A DNA stretch of 64,000 nt from Opitutales bacterium (GTDB lineage: Bacteria > Verrucomicrobiota > Verrucomicrobiia > Opitutales > UBA2987), in contig JAJFLU010000045.1 of assembly GCA_021772515.1 (NCBI GenBank), positions 197,684-261,683 of the forward strand. Reading direction: 5' to 3'. A program made the translations under genes and the position numbers. The notes under the pieces were generated by a model. The model saw only the letters and a list, made by a program, of their open reading frames with translations, did no database searches and had not been told where the DNA came from. Positions 36,339-44,625 of this stretch are shown piece after piece (position 1 is the first letter of the stretch; the number at the start of each line of letters is the position of its first letter).

Positions 36339-37277
36339 TTAAAAATCACGAGCAAGTAGTATTTCCATGTTGGATTTCTCTCCCGCGTAAAAACTTAAAC
36401 TACCAGATTTTTCCAAAAAAGATGTCTTTATGAGGGCCAGACCTTGGAAACCGGATTCATATTTTACCGCGCTACGGAGTTGACCCACGGATTCCGATTC
36501 GTCGAATAATTCACAGGGAAGCGAGGGAATTTCCATGCTTTCTTTTACCCTCACACCAAAAAGTCGGCGTCTGGTTTTACCTCTGGTGTGCAGACGTGCC
36601 ATAATTTCCTGGCCAAGGTAGCAACCTTTGTCAAAACAGACGGCATCCTTTTCCAATCCGCCCTCCTGTGGGAAATCCCGAGGTCCGATATCGAAGGGCA
36701 CTGCCGGAATGTTAGACGAAATCCGCTCCTTTTGCAGGCCTTCATTCAAAACCCAGGAAAGAGTATGCTTTTGACCAAATTCCAGAACTTTTTCCTTAAA
36801 AACCTGGATTTCATCTTTGTCGGCGACGAAATCAAAGTTCTTCCCCGTCGAGCGTCGCCCAGAAATTAAATAACCCGTCTGGAACGTCTGATACCTGCTT
36901 TTTCGCGATTTCTCAAGCTCCAGAAAATGAAGGAAATTCTCTGCGCCCTCCCCCCACCAGCATATACAGGAAATCGATTCGGTCTCATCAATCAACTCGA
37001 CGTCATCGGCAATGATGTTGGCCTGAAGTTTATTGATAATCGTCTCAGCAGTCGAAAAATAGCTGAAGAGGCGGAATTCCTCAGGACCCGTTTCCAGGAC
37101 AAAACTATCGGCCTGCACCTTGCCCTTTCGGTCAAGCCAGAGTCCATAAGTAGCGAAATTCGGGGGCAGTTTGCCTAAATCGTTGCTGAATTGGCTTTGC
37201 AAAAAGCCTGGAGCATCCTCGCCGGTTACCCTTATCCAGGCCGCAGGTTTACCTTGGTTGAAATTCAAAATTCCCAT
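36339..37277 (-). CDS. ygfZ: YgfZ/GcvT-like folate-binding protein
   Basis: 'IRVTGEDAPGFLQSQFSNDL' plus the YgfZ signature 'FDKGCYLGQEIMARLHTRGKTRRRL'. ATG at 37277 (MGILNF) is preferred. Confidence 0.8.
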   Translation of the reverse strand: MGILNFNQGKPAAWIRVTGEDAPGFLQSQFSNDLGKLPPNFATYGLWLDRKGKVQADSFVLETGPEEFRLFSYFSTAETIINKLQANIIADDVELIDETESISCICWWGEGAENFLHFLELEKSRKSRYQTFQTGYLISGRRSTGKNFDFVADKDEIQVFKEKVLEFGQKHTLSWVLNEGLQKERISSNIPAVPFDIGPRDFPQEGGLEKDAVCFDKGCYLGQEIMARLHTRGKTRRRLFGVRVKESMEIPSLPCELFDESESVGQLRSAVKYESGFQGLALIKTSFLEKSGSLSFYAGEKSNMEILLARDF

Positions 37278-37427
37278 GATTTTCCGTTTCGTGACTAAAA
37301 TTTTTGCAGAAAAATTCCGCCAAGGACGTTGCGGATCGGTGGTGACCACGCCTTTTTAACCTTGCCCCCATTTCGGAAAAAATCAACTTTGAATCTTTTT
37401 CAGAACCTGGCAAACACTTCCACACAC

Positions 37428-38495
37428 ATGTCCCCAGTATCCGACATCAATATCGTTGAAAACGCTGTGCTTCCAGCGCCGGAATACCTGTGTCGCGAAG
37501 TTCCGTGTAGCGAAACCCAGAGCGATTTCGTTTCCCGATCAAGAAGAGAGATCGGCAATGTGCTCTCGGGGGCGGATCCGCGGTTGTTAGTCATAATCGG
37601 ACCATGTTCAATCCACGATGTGGTAGCCGGACATGAATACGCCCAAAAACTGGCCGAGTTGGCGCGTAAAGTCGGCGATAAGATGCTCATTGTCATGCGC
37701 GTGTATTTTGAAAAGCCACGCACAACGGTTGGATGGAAGGGATTGATAATGGATCCTCATCTGGATGGAAGCTATGATATTCCCGCGGGCTTGAAGTTGG
37801 CGCGAAAATTTCTCCTCGATGTGATTGATCTAGGTCTTCCCACCGCGACAGAGTTACTCGACCCCATAACTCCGCAATATATTGCCGATTTAATATGCTG
37901 GAGCGCAATCGGAGCCCGAACCTCAGAATCGCAAACCCACCGGCAAATGGCCTCCGGTCTCTCCATGCCATTGGGCATTAAAAATGGCACAACGGGTGAA
38001 ATTGTGCCCGCCATAAATGCGATCAGAGCGGCCCGTGAGCCACAAACTTTTCTCGGCGTGAGCCAGCAGGGTCTGGCCTCAGCGGTGACAACCAGGGGAA
38101 ATCCCAACTGCCATATTATCCTGCGCGGGAGTGACGGTGGAACAAATTACCAACACGAGCACGTAGAGAATACTCGCAATATGCTGATTAACGCTGGCCT
38201 GAACCCCGTGATCATGGTTGATTGCAGCCACGGTAACAGCGGCAAGAACCCGACGGCGCAGCCGAATGTATTTCGCGAGGTCATGGAACAACGCACGGGC
38301 GATTCACGCTCCATATTTGGTCTGATGCTCGAAAGTAATCTCGTAGCAGGTAATCAATCTTTTCCGCAACCTCTGGAAAATCTGCGCTATGGCCAGTCGA
38401 TCACTGATGCCTGCATCGGATGGGAAATGACCAAGGAATTGATCTCAAGTGAATACGAAAAAATAACCAGACACGAGGCTCAGTTAAAAACCTGA
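37428..38495 (+). CDS. aroG: 3-deoxy-7-phosphoheptulonate (DAHP) synthase, class I
   Basis: 'RLLVIIGPCSIHD', 'MRVYFEKPRTTVGWKGLI', 'WSAIGARTSESQTHRQMASGLS', 'VMVDCSHGNS'. ATG at 37428 (MSPVSD) is preferred. The isozyme cannot be assigned. Confidence 0.9.
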   Translation: MSPVSDINIVENAVLPAPEYLCREVPCSETQSDFVSRSRREIGNVLSGADPRLLVIIGPCSIHDVVAGHEYAQKLAELARKVGDKMLIVMRVYFEKPRTTVGWKGLIMDPHLDGSYDIPAGLKLARKFLLDVIDLGLPTATELLDPITPQYIADLICWSAIGARTSESQTHRQMASGLSMPLGIKNGTTGEIVPAINAIRAAREPQTFLGVSQQGLASAVTTRGNPNCHIILRGSDGGTNYQHEHVENTRNMLINAGLNPVIMVDCSHGNSGKNPTAQPNVFREVMEQRTGDSRSIFGLMLESNLVAGNQSFPQPLENLRYGQSITDACIGWEMTKELISSEYEKITRHEAQLKT

Positions 38496-38583
38496 AAAAT
38501 GCCTTTGCCGTTTGCTTTGAACCCGATTTCGGCCATCTTTTATATACAACAAGAAGAACAATTAATTTACTTTTAAATTTACT

Positions 38584-39564
38584 ATGAAAGATCCAATTCG
38601 AGTCGCAATAACAGGGGCAGCCGGGCAAATTGGCTACGCCTTGGTTTTTCGTATCGCCTCCGGTGCCCTTTTTGGGCCTGACCAGCCGGTAAGCCTCAAC
38701 CTGGTTGAGATACCACCGGCTTTAAATGCCCTCGACGGGGTTGTCATGGAGTTAAACGACTGCGCCTTTCCGCTGCTTCGAGAGGTGGTGCCGACGGCGG
38801 ATCTCAACGAAGGATTCAAAGATGCCAATTGGTGTCTGTTGGTGGGCAGCGTTCCCCGAAAAGCCGGAATGGAGCGCGGCGATTTACTCGGCATCAATGG
38901 GAAGATATTTGTGGGGCAAGGCCAGGCAATTGCCAAAAACGCTGCCCCCGATGTCCGAACGCTGGTGGTGGGGAATCCCTGTAACACCAATTGTCTCATC
39001 GCGATGAATAATGCGGGTGATATTCCCAGAGATCGCTGGTTCGCCATGACCAGATTGGACGAAAATCGCGCCAAATTTCAACTCGCCCAAAAAGCAGGGC
39101 AAGAGATCACCTCGATCAGTAACATGACAATTTGGGGAAACCACTCTGCCACGCAGTATCCCGATTTTTACAATGCCAAAATCAACGGCAATCCAGCCCA
39201 TGAAGTGATCGATGACGAACCGTGGTTGAAAGAGGAATTTATACCGAAAGTGCAAAAACGCGGCGCGGAAATAATCAAGGCACGCGGCCTCTCCTCGGCA
39301 GCCTCTGCGGCCAATGCGATAATCGATACGGTGCGTTCATTGACGAATCCTACTCCCGATGGCGACTGGCATAGTGTGGGAGTCTGCTCCGATGGGAGTT
39401 ACGGAACACGGGAAGGGTTGATAACCTCATTTCCGGTAAGGAGTAATGGCGAAAACTGGAAAATTGTTCAGGGGCTCGAACTCAACGATTTCAGTCGTTC
39501 CAAAATTGACGCCTCGGTATCCGAATTGGCCGAGGAGCACTCGCTGGTTGAGAGTATGCTCTAA
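38584..39564 (+). CDS. mdh: Malate dehydrogenase (NAD-dependent, cytosolic-like clade)
   Basis: '[23 protein letters not shown]', '[17 protein letters not shown]', 'MTRLDENRA', '[12 protein letters not shown]'. Confidence 0.9.
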   Translation: MKDPIRVAITGAAGQIGYALVFRIASGALFGPDQPVSLNLVEIPPALNALDGVVMELNDCAFPLLREVVPTADLNEGFKDANWCLLVGSVPRKAGMERGDLLGINGKIFVGQGQAIAKNAAPDVRTLVVGNPCNTNCLIAMNNAGDIPRDRWFAMTRLDENRAKFQLAQKAGQEITSISNMTIWGNHSATQYPDFYNAKINGNPAHEVIDDEPWLKEEFIPKVQKRGAEIIKARGLSSAASAANAIIDTVRSLTNPTPDGDWHSVGVCSDGSYGTREGLITSFPVRSNGENWKIVQGLELNDFSRSKIDASVSELAEEHSLVESML

Positions 39565-39819
39565 GAGGGCGTCAATCGAGTTTCACGCCTTGAAACCCCG
39601 AATGGATCTCAGGGTGCGGTGCGGGTTTTGGAATATTATCGATTTTTATGGTTTTTTTGAATCCAAATAGCCTCCGAAATGCGTTTTAGGAATGAACGAG
39701 GGAAAACATAAAAAATTCCTGTTCAAAATAATCGATAAATTGAGAGTTTCACAGATGCACAGAGTGAGGCTTGTCAATGAACCATAATTACCATACTAAA
39801 ACCTAAAGGGCAAAAAACC

Positions 39820-40482
39820 ATGCAGAGGACGAAAGCATTCATTTTCGGATTTATTCTAATGTTCGGGTTCACTTCGAGTACCCTACTGGCACAGGAGTCC
39901 ACATCCGACGCCGAAGAAACCACTACACAGACCAAAGAGTCGGATGAAATAACCGCAGAGTTCTTTGGTGAGGAATATAATCGCGAAGAGTTGGCAATGC
40001 TTCAAAAACTCAGCCCCGAGCAGTTGAAGGAGTATTTAATGCACAAGGAACAGATGGACTTGGAGCGCCGTAGCAGCATCGATTGGGAGGACCTTGTTAT
40101 TGCACCACTAATCGTAGCTACGGTGTTTATGACTCCTGTGCTGATAGTGGGTTTCCTGATGTATTTCTCCTATCAGGAGAAGAAATTGGTCCACGCCTCC
40201 ATCGCTAAAATGGTTGAAAAAGGCATGGAAATTCCTACGCATCTATTGACTCAGCAGAAAAAAATTAAGGAATTCAATCCCAATGCCGACCTCAAGAAAG
40301 CCCTTATCCTCATGTCCATTGGACTGGGTGTGAGTCTGTTTTTCTTCACTATTCCTGATGCTAGAGAAGAAGGTGCTTGGGCCATCGGTATGGTTCCTTT
40401 CGTCGTCGGCCTTGGCTATCTTACTTTCTGGAGTCTGGATAAACCTCGGAGGGAAAGTTCCCTAACAAGCCTGTCGGAATAA
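39820..40482 (+). CDS. Hypothetical membrane protein (signal peptide, acidic region, about 3 TM); first gene of the ECF sigma module
   Basis: 'MQRTKAFIFGFILMFGFTSSTLLAQ' signal; TM helices 'LVIAPLIVATVFMTPVLIVGFLMYF', 'ALILMSIGLGVSLFFF' and 'WAIGMVPFVVGLGYLTFW'. The sigma factor gene starts 11 nt downstream. Confidence 0.6.
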   Translation: MQRTKAFIFGFILMFGFTSSTLLAQESTSDAEETTTQTKESDEITAEFFGEEYNREELAMLQKLSPEQLKEYLMHKEQMDLERRSSIDWEDLVIAPLIVATVFMTPVLIVGFLMYFSYQEKKLVHASIAKMVEKGMEIPTHLLTQQKKIKEFNPNADLKKALILMSIGLGVSLFFFTIPDAREEGAWAIGMVPFVVGLGYLTFWSLDKPRRESSLTSLSE

Positions 40483-40493
40483 ATTAGTCAGAA

Positions 40494-41039
40494 GTGTCAT
40501 TTACGGATGCAGATTTAATCGCAAGAGTCCTTCTCAATGACGACCATCATGCATTTGGAGAACTTTCCCGGCGGTATCAGTCGGCTGTGCGAAATATGTT
40601 ACGAAAGCTTACGGGCGGCGATTTTGCCCTCGCCGACGACCTTGCACAGGAGACCTTTATACGAGCCTATCGATCACTTACTAAATACCGGGGAAAGGGT
40701 AAATTTTCATCTTGGCTATACCGAATCGCCTATAACCTTTTTATCAGTCATATACGGAAAAAGCGTGAATATACCACCAGCAATGAGGATAAGCCCATCG
40801 AGGGAGAAGTTCCTCCAGAAACGGAGAGGGTTCAGCTAAAACTCGACCTGAACCAAGCGATGAAGCAGTTGAAAGAACAGGAGCGAGCGGCAATCAACCT
40901 TTGCTACCAAAAGGGGCTTTCCCACGAGGAGGCAGCCGAGGTGCTCGATTGCCCCGTCGGCACCATCAAAACAAATATTTTAAGGGGTAAGAATAAGCTT
41001 CGACTTTTTTTGAAAGAATGGAATACTAGAGCCATCTAA
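40494..41039 (+). CDS. ECF-type RNA polymerase sigma-70 family factor (GTG start)
   Basis: Region 2 'DDLAQETFIRAYRSLTKYRGKGKFSSWLYRIAYNLFISHIRK'; region 4 'ERAAINLCYQKGLSHEEAAEVLDCPVGTIKTNILRGKNKL'. Confidence 0.9.
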   Translation: MSFTDADLIARVLLNDDHHAFGELSRRYQSAVRNMLRKLTGGDFALADDLAQETFIRAYRSLTKYRGKGKFSSWLYRIAYNLFISHIRKKREYTTSNEDKPIEGEVPPETERVQLKLDLNQAMKQLKEQERAAINLCYQKGLSHEEAAEVLDCPVGTIKTNILRGKNKLRLFLKEWNTRAI

Positions 41040-41047
41040 TAGGACCG

Positions 41048-41374
41048 ATGGAAGATTTTGACATAGAGCGGCAACTGGACTCACTTTTGAGTGAAGAAGA
41101 GCCCTACATCAATGATGGAGGGTTTACTCGAAATATGCTGAACCAACTTCCGACTCCCGTGAGTCGGCCCGATTGGCTAAAACCCGCCGTGTTGATTACC
41201 TCCACGGTGCTGGCATCGAGTCTGGCGGTGGCATTTCTTCCCGATTCCAGGATAATTACCGATAGAATAGGGCAACTGTCTAGCATGAGCGATTTGTGGA
41301 TGGGGTTGATTGTAACCGGCGCCATGCTGGGTTTAACCGCGCTTTCACTGGTTGTGGCCAAAAGCGAACTGTAG
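41048..41374 (+). CDS. Putative membrane-anchored anti-sigma factor (2 TM); no zinc motif
   Basis: The call rests on position, 8 nt after the ECF sigma gene. The short cytoplasmic N-terminus 'MEDFDIERQLDSLL' is followed by two hydrophobic helices. Confidence 0.45.
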   Translation: MEDFDIERQLDSLLSEEEPYINDGGFTRNMLNQLPTPVSRPDWLKPAVLITSTVLASSLAVAFLPDSRIITDRIGQLSSMSDLWMGLIVTGAMLGLTALSLVVAKSEL

Positions 41375-41491
41375 AAGGTAATTCGCGGAACTTGACACCG
41401 GCTACTTCGTTTCGATGATTTAGCTGAAGTGGATTGTGGGTTCTTGGATTAACCCCATTCCAAACCAAGCAATTTTCACCCCAACTATCGA

Positions 41492-42349
41492 ATGAATTTA
41501 ACCTCGGAGACGGCCTCGGCGCTGCTCTATGGGCCTGATAAACAAGGACTCGTTGCCCAGGTTTCAGGTTGGATTTTCAAGCATGGCGGTAATATTATCC
41601 ACGCCGATCAGCATCGCGATGCCGAGGAAGGGATATTTTTCCAAAGGGTAGAATGGGCGCCGCCGCCAAGTGAAATTGAAACACAGATGGCGGAATTCAC
41701 CGCTATGGCGCAGGAATTGGGAATGAAAGTGCGCGTTTCCCGATCATCGAAGAAACCCAATGTCGCTATCTTTGTTTCCCGTGCCGCACACTGTTTTCAC
41801 GACATCATTCTCCGCTGGAAAACAGGGGAATTCAACGGAGAGATTGCCTGTGTGATTTCCAATCACGATTCGCTCAGAGAGGCGACAGAAGGATACAATC
41901 TGCCCTTTTTTCACATCCCAATCGATCCGAAAAACAAGCTTGAAGCCGAAAAGGAGCAGTTGGAAATTCTGAAAAACCACAAGGTGGATTTGGTTATCCT
42001 GGCGCGTTATATGCAGATTCTATCGGCTGGTATGCTCGAGAAAATGGGCTGTCCGGCGATCAATATTCATCATTCCTTTCTTCCCGCATTTGCCGGAGCG
42101 AGACCCTATCACCAAGCCTATCAGCGAGGGGTAAAAATCATCGGAGTTACCGCCCACTATGTCAGCGCCGAGCTTGATGGAGGCCCGATTATCCAGCAGG
42201 AGGTGACCCACGTGAATCATCGTCACGGTGTGAGTGATTTAATGCGAAAGGGAAGAGATCTGGAAAAGGCGGTGTTGGCTCAGGCGGTGCGTTGGCATCT
42301 CGAAAACCGAATATTGGTTTACAATAACAAAACGGTGGTCTTCGATTGA
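41492..42349 (+). CDS. purU: Formyltetrahydrofolate deformylase
   Basis: N-terminal ACT domain 'LLYGPDKQGLVAQVSGWIFKHGGNI' and formyltransferase core 'VDLVILARYMQIL...INIHHSFLPAFAGARPYHQA...GVKIIGVTAHYV'. Confidence 0.9.
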   Translation: MNLTSETASALLYGPDKQGLVAQVSGWIFKHGGNIIHADQHRDAEEGIFFQRVEWAPPPSEIETQMAEFTAMAQELGMKVRVSRSSKKPNVAIFVSRAAHCFHDIILRWKTGEFNGEIACVISNHDSLREATEGYNLPFFHIPIDPKNKLEAEKEQLEILKNHKVDLVILARYMQILSAGMLEKMGCPAINIHHSFLPAFAGARPYHQAYQRGVKIIGVTAHYVSAELDGGPIIQQEVTHVNHRHGVSDLMRKGRDLEKAVLAQAVRWHLENRILVYNNKTVVFD

Positions 42350-44544
42350 CTGAAGAAGATTCAAACCGGCCCTACAAAAAGAGCGGTCAACGCAATCTGG
42401 CTGTTTTCCTTGTTCCGTTTATCGTATTCGCAGTTTTTGCCACGTTTTGGCCTACGCTTGAAAACGGTTTTGTAAATTGGGACGACAAGGCCGTTCTTCT
42501 GGAAAATCAGAATTACCGGGGTCTTTCGCAGACCCATCTCACCTGGATGTTTTCGACTTTCCATGCGGGTCACTATCATCCGCTGACATGGCTTTCGTTT
42601 GCCTTCGATTACATGATTTGGGGAATGAACCCAACCGGTTACCACCTGACCAATCTGATTCTGCACACTCTCAATGCGGTGGTCTTTTTTCTCCTTCTTC
42701 AAGCCCTTCTTGCCCGAAATAAGAAGTCCAATATTGAATTTATCCAAATTTGCTGCGCCGCAGGTGCCCTGTTGTTCGCCGTGCATCCCCTGAGGGTCGA
42801 GTCCGTTGCCTGGGCCACCGAAAGGCGGGATGTTTTATCAGGATTCTTTTTCCTGCTCACCCTCCTGGCCTATGTGAAAATGCAGGGGTTCGACCGGGGA
42901 AACTCTTGGCGAACCAAGTGGTATTTTATCGCAATAGGCGTTTTTTCACTATCCCTGCTATCAAAAGCTTGGGGCATCACCTTGCCGGTTGTTTTGCTGG
43001 TCATGGATGTGTATCCGCTGCGCCGATTTTCATTGAAGGACGGATTGGCTCTGGTTTGGGCGGTGATTGAAAAATTACCATTTTTCATTCTCGCGGGATT
43101 TTTCGCATATATGGGCTTTCTTGCCCAATTCCGCACGGCCATGCACATGGTGGCGGACCATGATCTCCTTGATCGATTGACGCAGGCGGCCTACGGAATT
43201 TGCTTTTATCCGCTGAAAACACTCTTACCTTTAAACCTGTCTCCACTTTATTTGTTGGAAAATACATTCAATCCGGGGGAGCCGAGATTTATCTTGAGTA
43301 TTCTGGGCGCCGTCGGGATTTCGATTGGATTGGTCATGGGTTGGCGGCGGCTACCTTGGGCATTGAGCGCGTGGGTTTGCTACGGGATAATCGTCTCGCC
43401 GGTTCTTGGGTTGACTCAGAGTGGGGAGCAGATTGCCGCCGACCGCTATACTTATCTGTCCTGCCTTCCTTTCGCGATTCTCGCAACGGCTGGGCTCTTG
43501 CATTTTCAACTTCGCAGTCCCAAGCGGATGAAATGGACCGTCGGTATTGCCGTGTTCGTCATCTTACTGACACTCTCGAATCTCACGCACCGCCAAATCG
43601 GAATCTGGCACGATACGCTTTCACTCTGGAATAGGGCAATCGCAGTCGAACCCAACAACTATGTTGCCTACAACAATCGGGGAAATGCCCATTTCGAAGC
43701 TGGTGATTTCGATAATGCTATGGCCGACTTCGATGCTGCCATCGCGCTTGATCCTGCCTATGCGAAATCCTATTACAATCGGGGAAACGTTCGCAAAAAA
43801 CTGCGTGACTTGCCGGGCGCTTTAGTCGATGCAAACAAGGCAATCGCTCTGCATCCCGCTTACTATCAGGCCTACAATAATAGGGGAATCATAAAACAAG
43901 TGCTGGACGATCCCGGTGGGGCATTGAGCGATTTCGATCAAGCCCTGGCATTGAAACCCGATTATGGTCTGGCCTATGCCAACCGGGGGGCATTGAGGGC
44001 AAGCGAGGGTGATTTGGCCAACGCCCTGAACGATTTGAACAAGGCCATCGAGTTAATACCGGATTACGCCCAAGCTTATTTTAATCGGGGTGCCTTAAAA
44101 CAAACAATGGGCAACACCAAAGAGGCGTTGAGGGATTTCGATAAAACCCTGCAACTAAAACCGGATTACGGCCTGGCCTATGTCAACCGGGGGGCGTTGA
44201 GGGCAAGCGAGGGCGATTTGCCCAATGCCCTGAGCGATTTGAACAAGGCCATTGAGCTAAACCCTGAAAATGCCAATGCTTATTTTAGACGCGGCCTGTT
44301 ACGCAGGGAGAAAGGCGATGTCGAGGGCGCGTTGGCAGACTACGACAAAGCCATCAATCTGAATCCATATCATTTGGATGCCTATGTGAAACGCGGGGGC
44401 CTGCGGGGAAACCTCGGTGATCTGGAGGGCGTCATAGCCGACTACTCGAAAGCCATCGAGATCGCACCCAACGATTGGCCGCCCAGAGTGCAATTGGAAA
44501 ACTACATAGCCCAAGCCCGCCAATTGCTAAAAAACCAGAATTAG
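42346..44544 (+). CDS. TMTC-like membrane protein: N-terminal polytopic PMT/ArnT-type glycosyltransferase-like domain plus about 10 C-terminal TPR repeats (TTG start overlapping the purU stop)
   Basis: 'FVNWDDKAVLLENQNYRG', 'GHYHPLTWLSFAFDY' and multiple TM helices, then repeated 'AYNNRGNAHFEAGDFDNAMADFDAAIALDPAYA'-type TPR units. Confidence 0.8.
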   Translation: MTEEDSNRPYKKSGQRNLAVFLVPFIVFAVFATFWPTLENGFVNWDDKAVLLENQNYRGLSQTHLTWMFSTFHAGHYHPLTWLSFAFDYMIWGMNPTGYHLTNLILHTLNAVVFFLLLQALLARNKKSNIEFIQICCAAGALLFAVHPLRVESVAWATERRDVLSGFFFLLTLLAYVKMQGFDRGNSWRTKWYFIAIGVFSLSLLSKAWGITLPVVLLVMDVYPLRRFSLKDGLALVWAVIEKLPFFILAGFFAYMGFLAQFRTAMHMVADHDLLDRLTQAAYGICFYPLKTLLPLNLSPLYLLENTFNPGEPRFILSILGAVGISIGLVMGWRRLPWALSAWVCYGIIVSPVLGLTQSGEQIAADRYTYLSCLPFAILATAGLLHFQLRSPKRMKWTVGIAVFVILLTLSNLTHRQIGIWHDTLSLWNRAIAVEPNNYVAYNNRGNAHFEAGDFDNAMADFDAAIALDPAYAKSYYNRGNVRKKLRDLPGALVDANKAIALHPAYYQAYNNRGIIKQVLDDPGGALSDFDQALALKPDYGLAYANRGALRASEGDLANALNDLNKAIELIPDYAQAYFNRGALKQTMGNTKEALRDFDKTLQLKPDYGLAYVNRGALRASEGDLPNALSDLNKAIELNPENANAYFRRGLLRREKGDVEGALADYDKAINLNPYHLDAYVKRGGLRGNLGDLEGVIADYSKAIEIAPNDWPPRVQLENYIAQARQLLKNQN
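43954..44259 (+). repeat. Near-identical 102-nt direct repeat offset by 204 nt (recent duplication of a two-TPR unit inside the TMTC-like gene)
   Basis: 43954-44055 versus 44158-44259 are roughly 88-90% identical at the DNA level. They encode 'KPDYGLAYANRGALRASEGDLANALNDLNKAIEL' and 'KPDYGLAYVNRGALRASEGDLPNALSDLNKAIEL'. Confidence 0.85.
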
Positions 44545-44561
44545 AGCCGAAACAAAATCGC

Positions 44562-44594
44562 AAAAAAAACGGCCGGATCGCTCCGGCCGTTTTA
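44562..44594. terminator. Bidirectional intrinsic terminator between the TMTC-like gene and the TonB-dependent receptor
   Basis: 'aaaaaaaaCGGCCGGAtcgcTCCGGCCGtttt': a perfect 8-bp GC stem, a 4-nt loop, A8 upstream and T4 downstream. Confidence 0.85.
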
Positions 44595-44625
44595 TCTGCT
44601 ATCAGGTAGTTTTGTTCAACAGCGG

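Noticed and set aside
41375-41491. ZTP (pfl) or THF riboswitch upstream of purU
   Set aside because: No GGGUCG...CCGCCUGGGC-type pseudoknot elements or THF core could be found by eye in the 117-nt leader.
43954-44259. Periodic direct repeat that could superficially resemble a repeat array
   Set aside because: There are only two copies. They are in-frame inside a TPR-coding gene with a period of exactly two TPR units. There are no spacers and no cas genes, so this is not a CRISPR array.
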